This document shows, piece by piece, positions 46,820 through 56,316 of a stretch of DNA of 64,000 nucleotides. Every line of letters begins with the position of its first letter. The stretch's first letter is position 1. Position numbers and translations under genes: made by a program. The notes beneath the pieces were generated by a model. It did no database searches. It was not told the DNA's origin and worked only from the letters and a program-made list of their open reading frames with translations. The stretch comes from a bacterium (GTDB lineage Bacteria; Electryoneota; Electryoneia; Electryoneales; Electryoneaceae). The DNA is taken from contig CAXXKJ010000002.1 in assembly GCA_963675295.2 (NCBI GenBank), forward strand, positions 960,001 through 1,024,000. The letters run 5' to 3'.

Positions 46820-49777
46820 TTACCTCACCAGCGCCAGTTTGCGGATGGCGGTTTCACGGTCACCACTCTGGACCCGGAGATAGTAGACGCCTGATGCCAA
46901 CCCATTTGCATCCCACTCGAGACGATGAACACCAGCGGCGGCAGAACCATTCATCAGTGTCGCGACGCGGCGGCCCGTGATGTCGTAGATCTGCGCCGTC
47001 ACCTCACCAGATTCGGGGAGGGACAGGGTGATTGTCGCGCGCTCGTTGAACGGGTTCGGGTAGGCGGCTACCGCGAACTCGGTGGGCAAGTTATCCGAAA
47101 CGGTTAGCCCATTTTCTGCTGTAGAAGCGTTATCGTTCGCACCATCCGGTGGTTGGTTGGTACTATCCCACCCGGTCAGTGTCCAGCCTTCTGGGCTAAT
47201 CAGGTCTTTAGCTGCGTCTGTTGGCCCGTATGGCGAGCTTATTCCGGGCAACTTTGTAAAATTAAACGAATCGCCTGCAAGGATCAGACTGGGGTGTTCG
47301 CCTGCCAAGGCCTGGTAGGTGTAGGTTCCGGCTGGTGCGGTACCGGGGACGTTAACCACCACCCATGCACGAGTGAGTGTCTGGAATGGATTCAGATGCA
47401 CGTTGAGGTGCTGCAATGGCACTCGATTACCCCCTGATGTTACTGCAGCTGCCCAGACATCGGTGTCAACCGGTGAAGAGGTGATGTTGTGAAGCGACAC
47501 GTGGAAATACACCGGTCCACCGATAGGTGGCACCTGCAGGTAGGGGTCGTAAGGATTCAGCGTGAGTTGCAGAGTCACTGAGAACCAGATTTCGACAGGC
47601 CCAGCGGGTCCGGATTCACCGCTGACATAATCCGCGGTAACAGTGTAATTGTAGGTACCCGTGCTGGTAAGCAAGTCCAGGTAGGAAGTCTCTTCCGTTG
47701 TTGCGATCAAGTTGCCGCTGCGATATACGTTGTAGCCCTGCAACACCAGCGGTGGCTCATACTGCGGTTCCTCCCAGTTCAGATCGACCAGGGCGCCGCT
47801 TTGCTCGGCGGTCAGGGATTGGGGAACAGGCAGTTCGCCGACGATCATTGATGAGTCGAGTCGGTAAGTGCGGGCAACCGCTGCAGCGTAGATGTCGTTG
47901 CCATCCACGAGCACACGATGGAACCACATCGCATTGTGCAGACCGCCAGTGTAAACAGGATCATATGGATACGTGAAATCGTAGATCGAGAATCCGTCGT
48001 AGCGATCGGAAACATAGAGATAGCCGTCCGCGACCAGACCGCCGTAACTGTAGATGTCGTTAAAACCCGTCCTGTGTTGGATGTTTGTAGGATTGGATAC
48101 ATCAAACACTTCAAAGTACTGGTCGTCCCCAGTGACAACCAAGTAGCCATCGTTGTATGACACCTCGTAGTAGATCGAGGCTTGTGAGTTATAGGGATAA
48201 GATGTGTTGTAAGTATCAAGCAGAACGGGTGCAGCCGGATCGGACACGTCGTAGCTGTGAAGATCATCGTTGTCGCCCTGACCGACGACAAAGAGAATAT
48301 CGTCAGCCAATGTGAGCCGGTCTTCTTCACTCCATTGGGTTACTGATCCAATGATGGCTGGGTTCGCGGGATCGCTGATATCGTAAACACCGACGATACC
48401 GTTGGCAGCGATGTAAGCAAAGTCGTCCCCGATCTCGATTTCGTAGATGCTGGATTTAGGTTGATACGTAACAGGCTGGGGGTTGTGCGGATCGCTGACA
48501 TCAAAGATGTGTAAGCCGGTTCTGTCATGATCGCCGCCCAGTTCCCGGCACCCAGCGTATAGATAATCGCCAACCAGTTCCATGTCGGTAATGCGGAATC
48601 CATTCCAGACATAGACGCTAACTGGGTTGTCCGGATCGGTCCAGTCAACCAGCCAGATGCCTTGAGCTCCGGCCGAGTAGACAATCGACCCCAATTTACG
48701 CATGTGAAAGGGCACGAACGTATGGCCGAAGGCATTAACCTGATCTGGATTGAGGTGGTCGGTCAGATCGTAGACCAGGAACAGGTCGTCGTAAACTCTT
48801 GAAGTAGTCTCTACTGCGCCAATAATCAAGTCTTGCGAGGGTGATGCGAAAACAAAATCTTCGATGAAATCAACAGGCGCTTGCCCGGCTTCGATCAAGT
48901 TCAATGGGTCGTTGATGTCATAATAGATCAGGTACGCGCTGGTATAATCATCTGTTATTTGGGATAGTACCAGCCAGTTGTCATTGAACTCGAGGTCATA
49001 GTCTTCTGAATCATCAAGGAAGTACTCATCAGCCAGTGTTGGATTTGAAGGATCGATAATGTCATAGGCACATATGTGGTCGTCACCTGTTTCAGCGATA
49101 TAGAGTGCATTTCCGTTGATGCAAAATTCTGTATAGTTATGGTTGAATCCATAGAGGTTGGACAATTCTAACGGATAACCCGGGTCGCTGACGTCGCAGA
49201 TTTCGATACCATCGGACGTCAACATAACCAGTAGATCCCCTTGCACCTCGATATCGTAGAAGCAATTTCCATCTTCCTGGTACACTATAAATGGATTGGC
49301 TGGATTTGTGACGTTGTAGACACGAACAAATCGATTGTCGAAACTTGTGTCCGTGGTGTACAAATGTCCATTGATGTATTTGATCCTACCCATTTGATCG
49401 CTGACCTCTACTTCAGAAACAATGACGGGATTCATCATGTCTGTGAGGTCATAGATGACAAACGGGTCTATCTGGGGCCAGACAGAATACGACACGAAGA
49501 GATAAGGTTCGGTATAATCGAATGAACGCACCCATCGCATCGGTCCAATTGTAGTGATACGCTGCGGATCAGAGGGATCGCTGATGTCATAGATCGTGAT
49601 CCCCTCATCGCCAACGAACCAGTAGTTACCGACGACCGTCATCTGCTCGATATCGTCGTGCGCCTCCGGCATTGCGGTTTGTTCGAGTGTCAGGCCATCC
49701 AGCACGAGCTGCGCGGATATGGGGTTGGCCAAAAGAATCAAGAGCAAAACGGTGATGAACAACGAGACGCGTTTCAT
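46820..49777 (-). CDS. Secreted LVIVD-like repeat protein + Fn3 + Ig-like + T9SS-type sorting domain
   Basis: IYDISDPSDP-type repeats; YPNPFNE...SGVYYLR...RKLALVR; RBS GGAGGG. Confidence 0.9.
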   Translation of the reverse strand: MKRVSLFITVLLLILLANPISAQLVLDGLTLEQTAMPEAHDDIEQMTVVGNYWFVGDEGITIYDISDPSDPQRITTIGPMRWVRSFDYTEPYLFVSYSVWPQIDPFVIYDLTDMMNPVIVSEVEVSDQMGRIKYINGHLYTTDTSFDNRFVRVYNVTNPANPFIVYQEDGNCFYDIEVQGDLLVMLTSDGIEICDVSDPGYPLELSNLYGFNHNYTEFCINGNALYIAETGDDHICAYDIIDPSNPTLADEYFLDDSEDYDLEFNDNWLVLSQITDDYTSAYLIYYDINDPLNLIEAGQAPVDFIEDFVFASPSQDLIIGAVETTSRVYDDLFLVYDLTDHLNPDQVNAFGHTFVPFHMRKLGSIVYSAGAQGIWLVDWTDPDNPVSVYVWNGFRITDMELVGDYLYAGCRELGGDHDRTGLHIFDVSDPHNPQPVTYQPKSSIYEIEIGDDFAYIAANGIVGVYDISDPANPAIIGSVTQWSEEDRLTLADDILFVVGQGDNDDLHSYDVSDPAAPVLLDTYNTSYPYNSQASIYYEVSYNDGYLVVTGDDQYFEVFDVSNPTNIQHRTGFNDIYSYGGLVADGYLYVSDRYDGFSIYDFTYPYDPVYTGGLHNAMWFHRVLVDGNDIYAAAVARTYRLDSSMIVGELPVPQSLTAEQSGALVDLNWEEPQYEPPLVLQGYNVYRSGNLIATTEETSYLDLLTSTGTYNYTVTADYVSGESGPAGPVEIWFSVTLQLTLNPYDPYLQVPPIGGPVYFHVSLHNITSSPVDTDVWAAAVTSGGNRVPLQHLNVHLNPFQTLTRAWVVVNVPGTAPAGTYTYQALAGEHPSLILAGDSFNFTKLPGISSPYGPTDAAKDLISPEGWTLTGWDSTNQPPDGANDNASTAENGLTVSDNLPTEFAVAAYPNPFNERATITLSLPESGEVTAQIYDITGRRVATLMNGSAAAGVHRLEWDANGLASGVYYLRVQSGDRETAIRKLALVR

Positions 49778-49821
49778 ACTCCCCTCCAGTCGTGATGCGG
49801 ATGATACAGTCTAGCTGACTC

Positions 49822-49892
49822 TTGCCCGTTGCAGAAGACGACAACGCCGATTGACGGTTGTCTGGATATCCTCGAGCCCTCAGAGGCGCGAC
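49822..49892 (-). repeat. Structured motif, degenerate copy F
   Basis: ttgcccgt...gacaacgccgattgacggttgtctggatatcc aligns with copy E (gacaacgcgggttgacggatgttggacgatcc). Confidence 0.6.
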
Positions 49893-49893
49893 C

Positions 49894-52842
49894 TCACCGC
49901 ACCAGCGCGAGTTTGCGGATAGCGGTTTCATGATCAGCCGTCTGGACCCGGAGGAAGTAGACGCCCGACGCCAGCCCGTCCGCGTCCCACGCCAGTTCGT
50001 GGGTTCCGGCGGCTACCGATCCGTTCAGCAGCACCGCGACACGCCGGCCGGTGATGTCATAGATCTGCGCCTTAACCTCACCAGATTCGGGCAGGGATAA
50101 AGTGATCGTCGCACGCTCGTTGAACGGGTTCGGGTAGGCGGCCACCGCGAACTCCGTGGGAAGCGAGGGGACATCGACGATCTCAGAACCTGCGAGAGGT
50201 CCATCGTGCGGTGCCGGATTGGGGGTTGCCCAACCGGACAGCATCCATCCCTCCGACGATGAGGCGTCAGGCAGGGTGGAAGCAGCCTGTGCGACTCTCT
50301 GTCCTACAGCAGCAGCTTTCGTGAACTGGAATTGATCCGTGGCGAGGATCAGATCGGGGTGATTTCCGGCGAACGCCTTGAACGTATACGTTCCCGCCGG
50401 AGCCTGCGGGGGCACATCCAGCAGCAACCAGTTGCGGGTAAAGGTCTCGTACGGACCGAGCTGCAATGTGTACTGCCTCAGCGGGATGTTGTTGCCAGCC
50501 GGAGTGGTTGCCAGCGTCCACGCGTCGAGGGTCTGTGCCGATCCGGTCAGGTTCTCGAGCGTTGCGTGGAAATACACCGGCCCGCCGACCGGTGGAACCT
50601 GCAGGTATGGTTCGTACGGGTCGAGCGTCAGCCGCAGGGTCTGGGTGAACGACACAATTACCGGGCCGGCGGGGTCGGATTCTCCGTTGCTGTAGACGGC
50701 GGTGACGGTGTACTCATAGGAACCCGACGCGTTCAGCAGGTCGATCTGCGTTGTTTGGTCCGTTGTTGCGATCAGCTCGCCATCACGATACACGTTGTAG
50801 CCTTCGAGGATCAGCGGCGGATCATAGACCGGCTCCTCCCAGGTCAAGGTGACCAACGCGCCGGTGAGGTCAAAGGTTAGGGTACTGGGTGCTGGAGAAT
50901 AACTGAAAATATCCGACGAATCAAAGAGATATTGCCGAGAATAGACAGCGGCAACTATTGAATTCCCATCTACGAGTACGCGATTGAAGTAGTATGCATC
51001 CCTGACACTGCCCAGATATTGAGGATCGGTCGGAGAGCTAAAATCCAGTACCGTTAATCCCTCTGTTTGGGAGATGTACAGGATCCCATTCTCTATGATG
51101 CCGCCAGTAGCATAGATGTCATTGGTTCCTGCGACGTAGGATAGATCTGTCGGATCCGATACATCGAACACTTTCAAGTATTCATCATCACCTGTGACAA
51201 CGAGATAGCCGTCTGAGAGTGAAACCTCGAATTCAACGCAAGCATATTCGCGCTCAGGATAGTTCGTGCTGTAGGTGTCCAGTAGAACTGGATTTTGTGG
51301 ATTTTCCACGCTATAGCTTTTCAAGTTATCGTGATCACGTTGCCCAACGAGGTACATCACGTCACCATCCAATGTCAGACGATCCCACTCATCCCATTGC
51401 GGGATCGAACCCACTATCACCGGGTTGACTGGATCGCCAAGATCATACACGCCAACGATGCTATTAGCCGCTATGTAGGCAATCGTTCCATTCGTTTCAA
51501 TCTCTTTGATGCTGGTCTTTGGAAAAAAGTTCGCTTGGTAGGGGTTCTGAGGATCGCTCACATCGAAAATGTAAAGACCTGTACTATTTCCATCTCCGGA
51601 ATAGTCTTCGCAGCCTGCGTACAGATACGATCCTACGAGTTCAATATCGGTTATTATGCCACCGTTAAAAATGAAAACATCCTCTGGGTTGTCTGGATCA
51701 CTCCAATCTACCAGCCATACGCCCTGATAACCTGCTGAATAGACAATAGAACCTGATTTAAGCAGGTGATATTGCCTCATATAATGACCGAAGCCATCAA
51801 ATAGATTTACGTTATACGGATCATTTATGTCATATTGAAGGAACAGGTTCTCGTGTCTTCGGGATTGGATGTAAACTGAACTAATTATAGTGTCTTCTGA
51901 CAGCGAGGGAAACAGAAAATACTCAATAGCTTCAACCTGAGTCTGACTCAATTGAGTGGGATGAAATGGGTCGCTATTATCATAAATTGTCATTGTTGCA
52001 GATTGTAAAGAATTGTCTAACTGTGTCATTACCAACAAATTACTATTATATTGTAGGTCAATGTACCTAGAATCAGTAAGATTTATAGATTCGGTTAAAA
52101 CAGGAATTGATGGATCAGATATGTCATAGACATTAAAGAAAACATCTTCTTGTATAATATATAACGAAGATCCATTTATACGTATTGTCAGGGAGGGTTC
52201 AACTTCGATTGGAATGGTCGAAAGTAAAACTGGAAATTCTGGATTACTTACGTCGTATAATTTAACATGACCGCTATAACTCATGGCTCTGAACATTACA
52301 GCAATGTTTCCTTCTACATTCAGATGCAAAAATGTTGGTGAATCTTCGTATACCATAAAGGGATTCGAAGGATCCATAACATTATATATTCTATAGAAAT
52401 TATCCTGCCAATATGGGGAAGAAACGTAGAGATAGCCGTTGATATATTTTAAATGACCGGCAATCGAGCCAATATCCTCTTGACTCATTAAAACTGGGTT
52501 GTGTACATCGGTTATGTCAAAAATACAAAACCGATCGGCTTCCGGATAGTCTGAAATAACAATATACAGATACGGATCAGCGTAATCGACAGAGACAACC
52601 TGCTGCATTGGGACTACAGTGGCTACTTTCTGGGGTTGCGTTGGATTGCTGATGTCGTAAATGCTGACCCCATCTTCGGCGATGAACCAGTAGTTTCCGA
52701 CGACGATCATCTGCCTGACCAGTCCGTGCGCCTCTGGCATCGAGGTCTGCTCGAGCGTGAGATGATGATAGTGGACCTGCGCTGAGATTGAGGTAGCCAA
52801 GCTCAACATGATGGCTAGAACGTAAAACGAACCGCGTTTCAT
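49894..52842 (-). CDS. Secreted LVIVD-like repeat protein, close paralog of 46820-49777
   Basis: MKRGSF start at 52842 after GGAGGG; co-linear along its length with the neighbour; same sorting domain. Confidence 0.9.
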   Translation of the reverse strand: MKRGSFYVLAIMLSLATSISAQVHYHHLTLEQTSMPEAHGLVRQMIVVGNYWFIAEDGVSIYDISNPTQPQKVATVVPMQQVVSVDYADPYLYIVISDYPEADRFCIFDITDVHNPVLMSQEDIGSIAGHLKYINGYLYVSSPYWQDNFYRIYNVMDPSNPFMVYEDSPTFLHLNVEGNIAVMFRAMSYSGHVKLYDVSNPEFPVLLSTIPIEVEPSLTIRINGSSLYIIQEDVFFNVYDISDPSIPVLTESINLTDSRYIDLQYNSNLLVMTQLDNSLQSATMTIYDNSDPFHPTQLSQTQVEAIEYFLFPSLSEDTIISSVYIQSRRHENLFLQYDINDPYNVNLFDGFGHYMRQYHLLKSGSIVYSAGYQGVWLVDWSDPDNPEDVFIFNGGIITDIELVGSYLYAGCEDYSGDGNSTGLYIFDVSDPQNPYQANFFPKTSIKEIETNGTIAYIAANSIVGVYDLGDPVNPVIVGSIPQWDEWDRLTLDGDVMYLVGQRDHDNLKSYSVENPQNPVLLDTYSTNYPEREYACVEFEVSLSDGYLVVTGDDEYLKVFDVSDPTDLSYVAGTNDIYATGGIIENGILYISQTEGLTVLDFSSPTDPQYLGSVRDAYYFNRVLVDGNSIVAAVYSRQYLFDSSDIFSYSPAPSTLTFDLTGALVTLTWEEPVYDPPLILEGYNVYRDGELIATTDQTTQIDLLNASGSYEYTVTAVYSNGESDPAGPVIVSFTQTLRLTLDPYEPYLQVPPVGGPVYFHATLENLTGSAQTLDAWTLATTPAGNNIPLRQYTLQLGPYETFTRNWLLLDVPPQAPAGTYTFKAFAGNHPDLILATDQFQFTKAAAVGQRVAQAASTLPDASSSEGWMLSGWATPNPAPHDGPLAGSEIVDVPSLPTEFAVAAYPNPFNERATITLSLPESGEVKAQIYDITGRRVAVLLNGSVAAGTHELAWDADGLASGVYFLRVQTADHETAIRKLALVR

Positions 52843-53106
52843 AACCCCCTCCTGTAATGATGCTGGTGATACAGACTCCGTGGCATACGGCCCTATACGC
52901 CATGCCTGCTGCTGGATCATCGCAGGCGGCGGCGGGGGCTCACAGTGATGTAATCTAGGCATGCATCGCGCCGATGTCCATGCAAACCCTTATATTCCGC
53001 GAAATGGTTGACGTGAAACGCTCCACCCCTGACGCTGGAACACCTGTCGATGAAACGTGATCGCCGTCTGATTCCATCCATTCCGAACGTCCTGACCATC
53101 CGGTCA

Positions 53107-56100
53107 ATGCTATCCGGTCATGGCCGGAACGTGCTGGCTGTGTTTGTGCCGCTGCTGATCGTCGCCTGCGTGCTGTTGACCAACGCGACGCTGGCGGATG
53201 AACGATTCGATCCGACCGCGCTGAATGCCAGTGCGGATGATCCGTTGTTCACGACCTACGCCGCCGACATATCACGGGCGACCTATGTCCCGGACCAGGG
53301 GTATCATTTTCGCTATTACCGGGAGGAGTTGCCGGTCGCGTTCAGCACCGCGCAGGACGGCGAGTGGGGGGTGGTGTTCGACCGGAACGGCGACCGTGTA
53401 CTCAACCTCGCAGACTACGCCGAACCGCCGGGAGTGCAGGAATCGTGGCCGGACTATGTGCGGTACATCGCGAAGCCGTACGCCGACCTCGCGTTGGATG
53501 GCCGGTTCTTCGTGTACAAATCCTCGCTGGCGGTGTGGGAGCTGACGTTGACCAACGAGTCGGCGTCGGAACAGACGGTTACCGTGGCGCCGTACCTCGG
53601 CAACGAACTGATGCTGCTGGCGGAATCGGACGCGGAGGGCTGGAGTTTCCGTCACGAGCACCCGTCTGATGGCTGGACCGTGGCGAAGCAGATCCCGCAG
53701 GTTTTCCAACGACGCAACCGGTTTACGATGCTGCCCGCACCGGACACATCTGCTGTGTTTTCGTCGGTGGATGGAAGTTCGGCGGAGCTGCCGGAATGGG
53801 TGAAACCGGACGAGGCGCAGGTGCTGCCGGTGTATGGCCGGTTGCAACGCGCGGACGGGTCGCGGATCGAACCGTCCGCGACTGGTGTGCAGGCGTACGC
53901 GTTCCTGACGCATGATCCGCGCTTCCTGATTTCGCTGGCGTCTCCGATGCACGCGAGTTCGTGGGACTGGTGGAAATCGCGCGGCTACTTCGCACTCGAG
54001 GCGGGCGAGCTGGAGTGGTCGAGCCGTGTGTACAGCGCCGAGACCGGCTGGAAGGACTACGATTCGAACACGGTGCGGATTGTCGCTTCGGTGCCGTCCG
54101 AGAAGTTGAGCGCACGGTGGGAGATGACACGGGCGGTGCCGCTGAGCCCCGGCGCCGAACGTCACGACCTGACCCTGACCCGCAACAAGATTACCGCGCC
54201 TCGGAACCTGCGGGCGACGATTGACTCGTTCGGCGTGCATCTCGAATGGGACGGCGACCCGAAGCAGATCTACCGGATCTACATGAACCCGTTGAAGTGC
54301 CGCTTGAAGCCGCAGGAAAAGTCGATGCGGGAAAATTACCGGGACGAGTTCCTGCTCGCTGGCGCGCGTGACATTCCCTACTTCCGCTACCACAACCAGG
54401 TGCAGGGGACATCGTACAATTACGATCTCAGCCCGCGGGTTCCGGTTGAAGAACGCGAGGCTGGCAAGTCATATGGCTATAATCCCGACACGGATATATT
54501 CCTGCGCCGGTTCATGGTTGTCAGCACCAGCGAAGACAAGTATCCCGGTCCGGCGAGCGAAACTGTAAGCTGCTGGCCGATGCCGGCATTGACCGAGATG
54601 CTGGCGGACACTGCCGAGTTCCGTGAACCGGACGCGTTGATGTCGAACGGTGCAGCGATGTTCAAGAGCGTCGCGCTGGCACCCGGTGAGAGCAAGCGGA
54701 TCCGGGTGTTCCGTCAGACCGCGGCTGATCTGTTCGAGTTTGAACGCAACCAGTGGCTGATCGATGATCTGGCGAACCGTGAGCTGGACGAGTTCGCGAA
54801 CCCGCACCGCGAACGATTTGCGGGAGTGCCGGATGTGACGTTGCCTACCCGTCAGCAGCAGCTTTTGCAGCTGTCGTCATACAATGTGCTGCGCCAGAGC
54901 ATGCTGCCGCCGGAAGGCCGGTTGACGCACAACTACTACGTGTTCTCACGCGAACCGACGTGGGGTTGGGGGCACGGCGGCCAGGTGTTCCACGAGTCGC
55001 TGGCGATGCTGGCGTACGGCAATCTCGACCCGCAGTCGGCGCAGGCGTCAATGAAGGTGTTCGCCGAAGCGCAGTATGCACCGGAAACCGACTCGATGAC
55101 CGAATGGGCGTACATCCCGTATCGCGTCGGACCGTATCTCGAGGAAACCATCGAGACCGATGGCGAGCTGACCCAGTCCGGTCCGTTCTACAGCTGGATC
55201 ACGCTCGAGCTGTTCCGGATGACCGGCGATCGGGAGTTTCTTGCGGAGATGGCGCCGTCCTGCGAGCAATTTGTCCGTTACTGGGAACGGAACCGTGACA
55301 GCGACTCGGACGGGATGTACGAGTGGGGCGGGCAGGCGGTGCTGGAGTCGCTGCGGGATGCGTCCGTGGTGATCTGGGACGAAGTCGCGCCGCCGGATTC
55401 GCTGGAAGCGCTGGGGCTGAATTGCATGCTGGCCAACGAGTTCAACAGCCTCGCAGCGATGCAGGATTCGTTGGGGAACAGTGAGGCTGCGACGTGGCTC
55501 GGCAAGCGTGGCGCGGAGTTGGCGTACAGCGTCCAGCAGGCGATGTGGGATGATGCGACCGGCTTCTTCTACCACAACGTGAAGCGCGGCTGGGCCGGCG
55601 AAGACGGCAATTCGAACGGGTATAACGGTCCGTTCGATAACGCGGGCAACCTCAACCCGGACCGGTTCTCGTTCAATGAACCCGGCGACTTGAAGCGCAA
55701 GGAGATCATCGGTTTCCTGCCGTTGTGGGCGGGGATCGCGACGGACGAACAAGCCGAACGGCTGGTCCGCGAACACCTGACCAACCCGGACGAGTTCTGG
55801 CGTGAGTACGGCGTGCCGTCGCTTAGTGCGGACGACCCGTACTACAAGCCGCAGGGTTACTGGAACGGGCCGGTATGGGTGCAATGGAACTACCTGATTG
55901 TGCGCGGCCTACTGCGTTATGGGTACGTGGACGAAGCGCGTGAGCTGGCCGAACGTGTCAGCGCGGGCATGAGCGAGGTACTGGCAGACACGCACACGAT
56001 GTGGGAGTTCTACAGCCCGGACGCGGCGTGGGGCGGCTGGCATCAGACGTACATCTGGGCTGGGATTGTCGCACGGATGATGGAGGATGTGTACGCTGAA

Positions 56101-56109
56101 TCCGAGTGA
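53107..56109 (+). CDS. Secreted glycoside hydrolase, (alpha/alpha)6 barrel of GH63/MGH1-like type
   Basis: Signal peptide; C-terminal MWDDATGFFY, FWREYGVPSL, YWNGPVW, WEFYSP. Start uncertain (53050-53131). Confidence 0.82.
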   Translation: MLSGHGRNVLAVFVPLLIVACVLLTNATLADERFDPTALNASADDPLFTTYAADISRATYVPDQGYHFRYYREELPVAFSTAQDGEWGVVFDRNGDRVLNLADYAEPPGVQESWPDYVRYIAKPYADLALDGRFFVYKSSLAVWELTLTNESASEQTVTVAPYLGNELMLLAESDAEGWSFRHEHPSDGWTVAKQIPQVFQRRNRFTMLPAPDTSAVFSSVDGSSAELPEWVKPDEAQVLPVYGRLQRADGSRIEPSATGVQAYAFLTHDPRFLISLASPMHASSWDWWKSRGYFALEAGELEWSSRVYSAETGWKDYDSNTVRIVASVPSEKLSARWEMTRAVPLSPGAERHDLTLTRNKITAPRNLRATIDSFGVHLEWDGDPKQIYRIYMNPLKCRLKPQEKSMRENYRDEFLLAGARDIPYFRYHNQVQGTSYNYDLSPRVPVEEREAGKSYGYNPDTDIFLRRFMVVSTSEDKYPGPASETVSCWPMPALTEMLADTAEFREPDALMSNGAAMFKSVALAPGESKRIRVFRQTAADLFEFERNQWLIDDLANRELDEFANPHRERFAGVPDVTLPTRQQQLLQLSSYNVLRQSMLPPEGRLTHNYYVFSREPTWGWGHGGQVFHESLAMLAYGNLDPQSAQASMKVFAEAQYAPETDSMTEWAYIPYRVGPYLEETIETDGELTQSGPFYSWITLELFRMTGDREFLAEMAPSCEQFVRYWERNRDSDSDGMYEWGGQAVLESLRDASVVIWDEVAPPDSLEALGLNCMLANEFNSLAAMQDSLGNSEAATWLGKRGAELAYSVQQAMWDDATGFFYHNVKRGWAGEDGNSNGYNGPFDNAGNLNPDRFSFNEPGDLKRKEIIGFLPLWAGIATDEQAERLVREHLTNPDEFWREYGVPSLSADDPYYKPQGYWNGPVWVQWNYLIVRGLLRYGYVDEARELAERVSAGMSEVLADTHTMWEFYSPDAAWGGWHQTYIWAGIVARMMEDVYAESE

Positions 56110-56316
56110 TGTTTGCTGGCTACGGACAGCGTGCGAGCCAGGGTTTCGTGTTTTCCGCCAGTCCAAAAAACGGATTGCGGGCGGGTTGTCTAAATCGCTT
56201 TATTGTTAGCGTCGCATCATCAGTATTTACGATACTGCTCCCGCTCTCCTTGCGGGTTGACGCAATGATTCCACATTTTCAAGATCCAACGTTGTCAAAC
56301 CTGACACAGGACGTAC

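Noticed and set aside
43795-49892. Motif as integron attC, c-di-GMP riboswitch, or hammerhead/HDV/twister ribozyme
   Set aside because: No RYYYAAC/GTTRRRY boxes and no integrase; GEMM, CUGAUGA/GAAA and HDV core consensus elements were not found by eye.
46823-50160. Recent gene conversion or a DGR template/variable repeat between the two CTD-coding regions
   Set aside because: Differences are largely synonymous and not adenine-specific, and there is no reverse transcriptase in the window.
52875-52945. Possible seventh, highly degenerate motif copy upstream of the array
   Set aside because: Only short matches (CCGTG, ACGC, GGATCATC); not distinguishable from chance.
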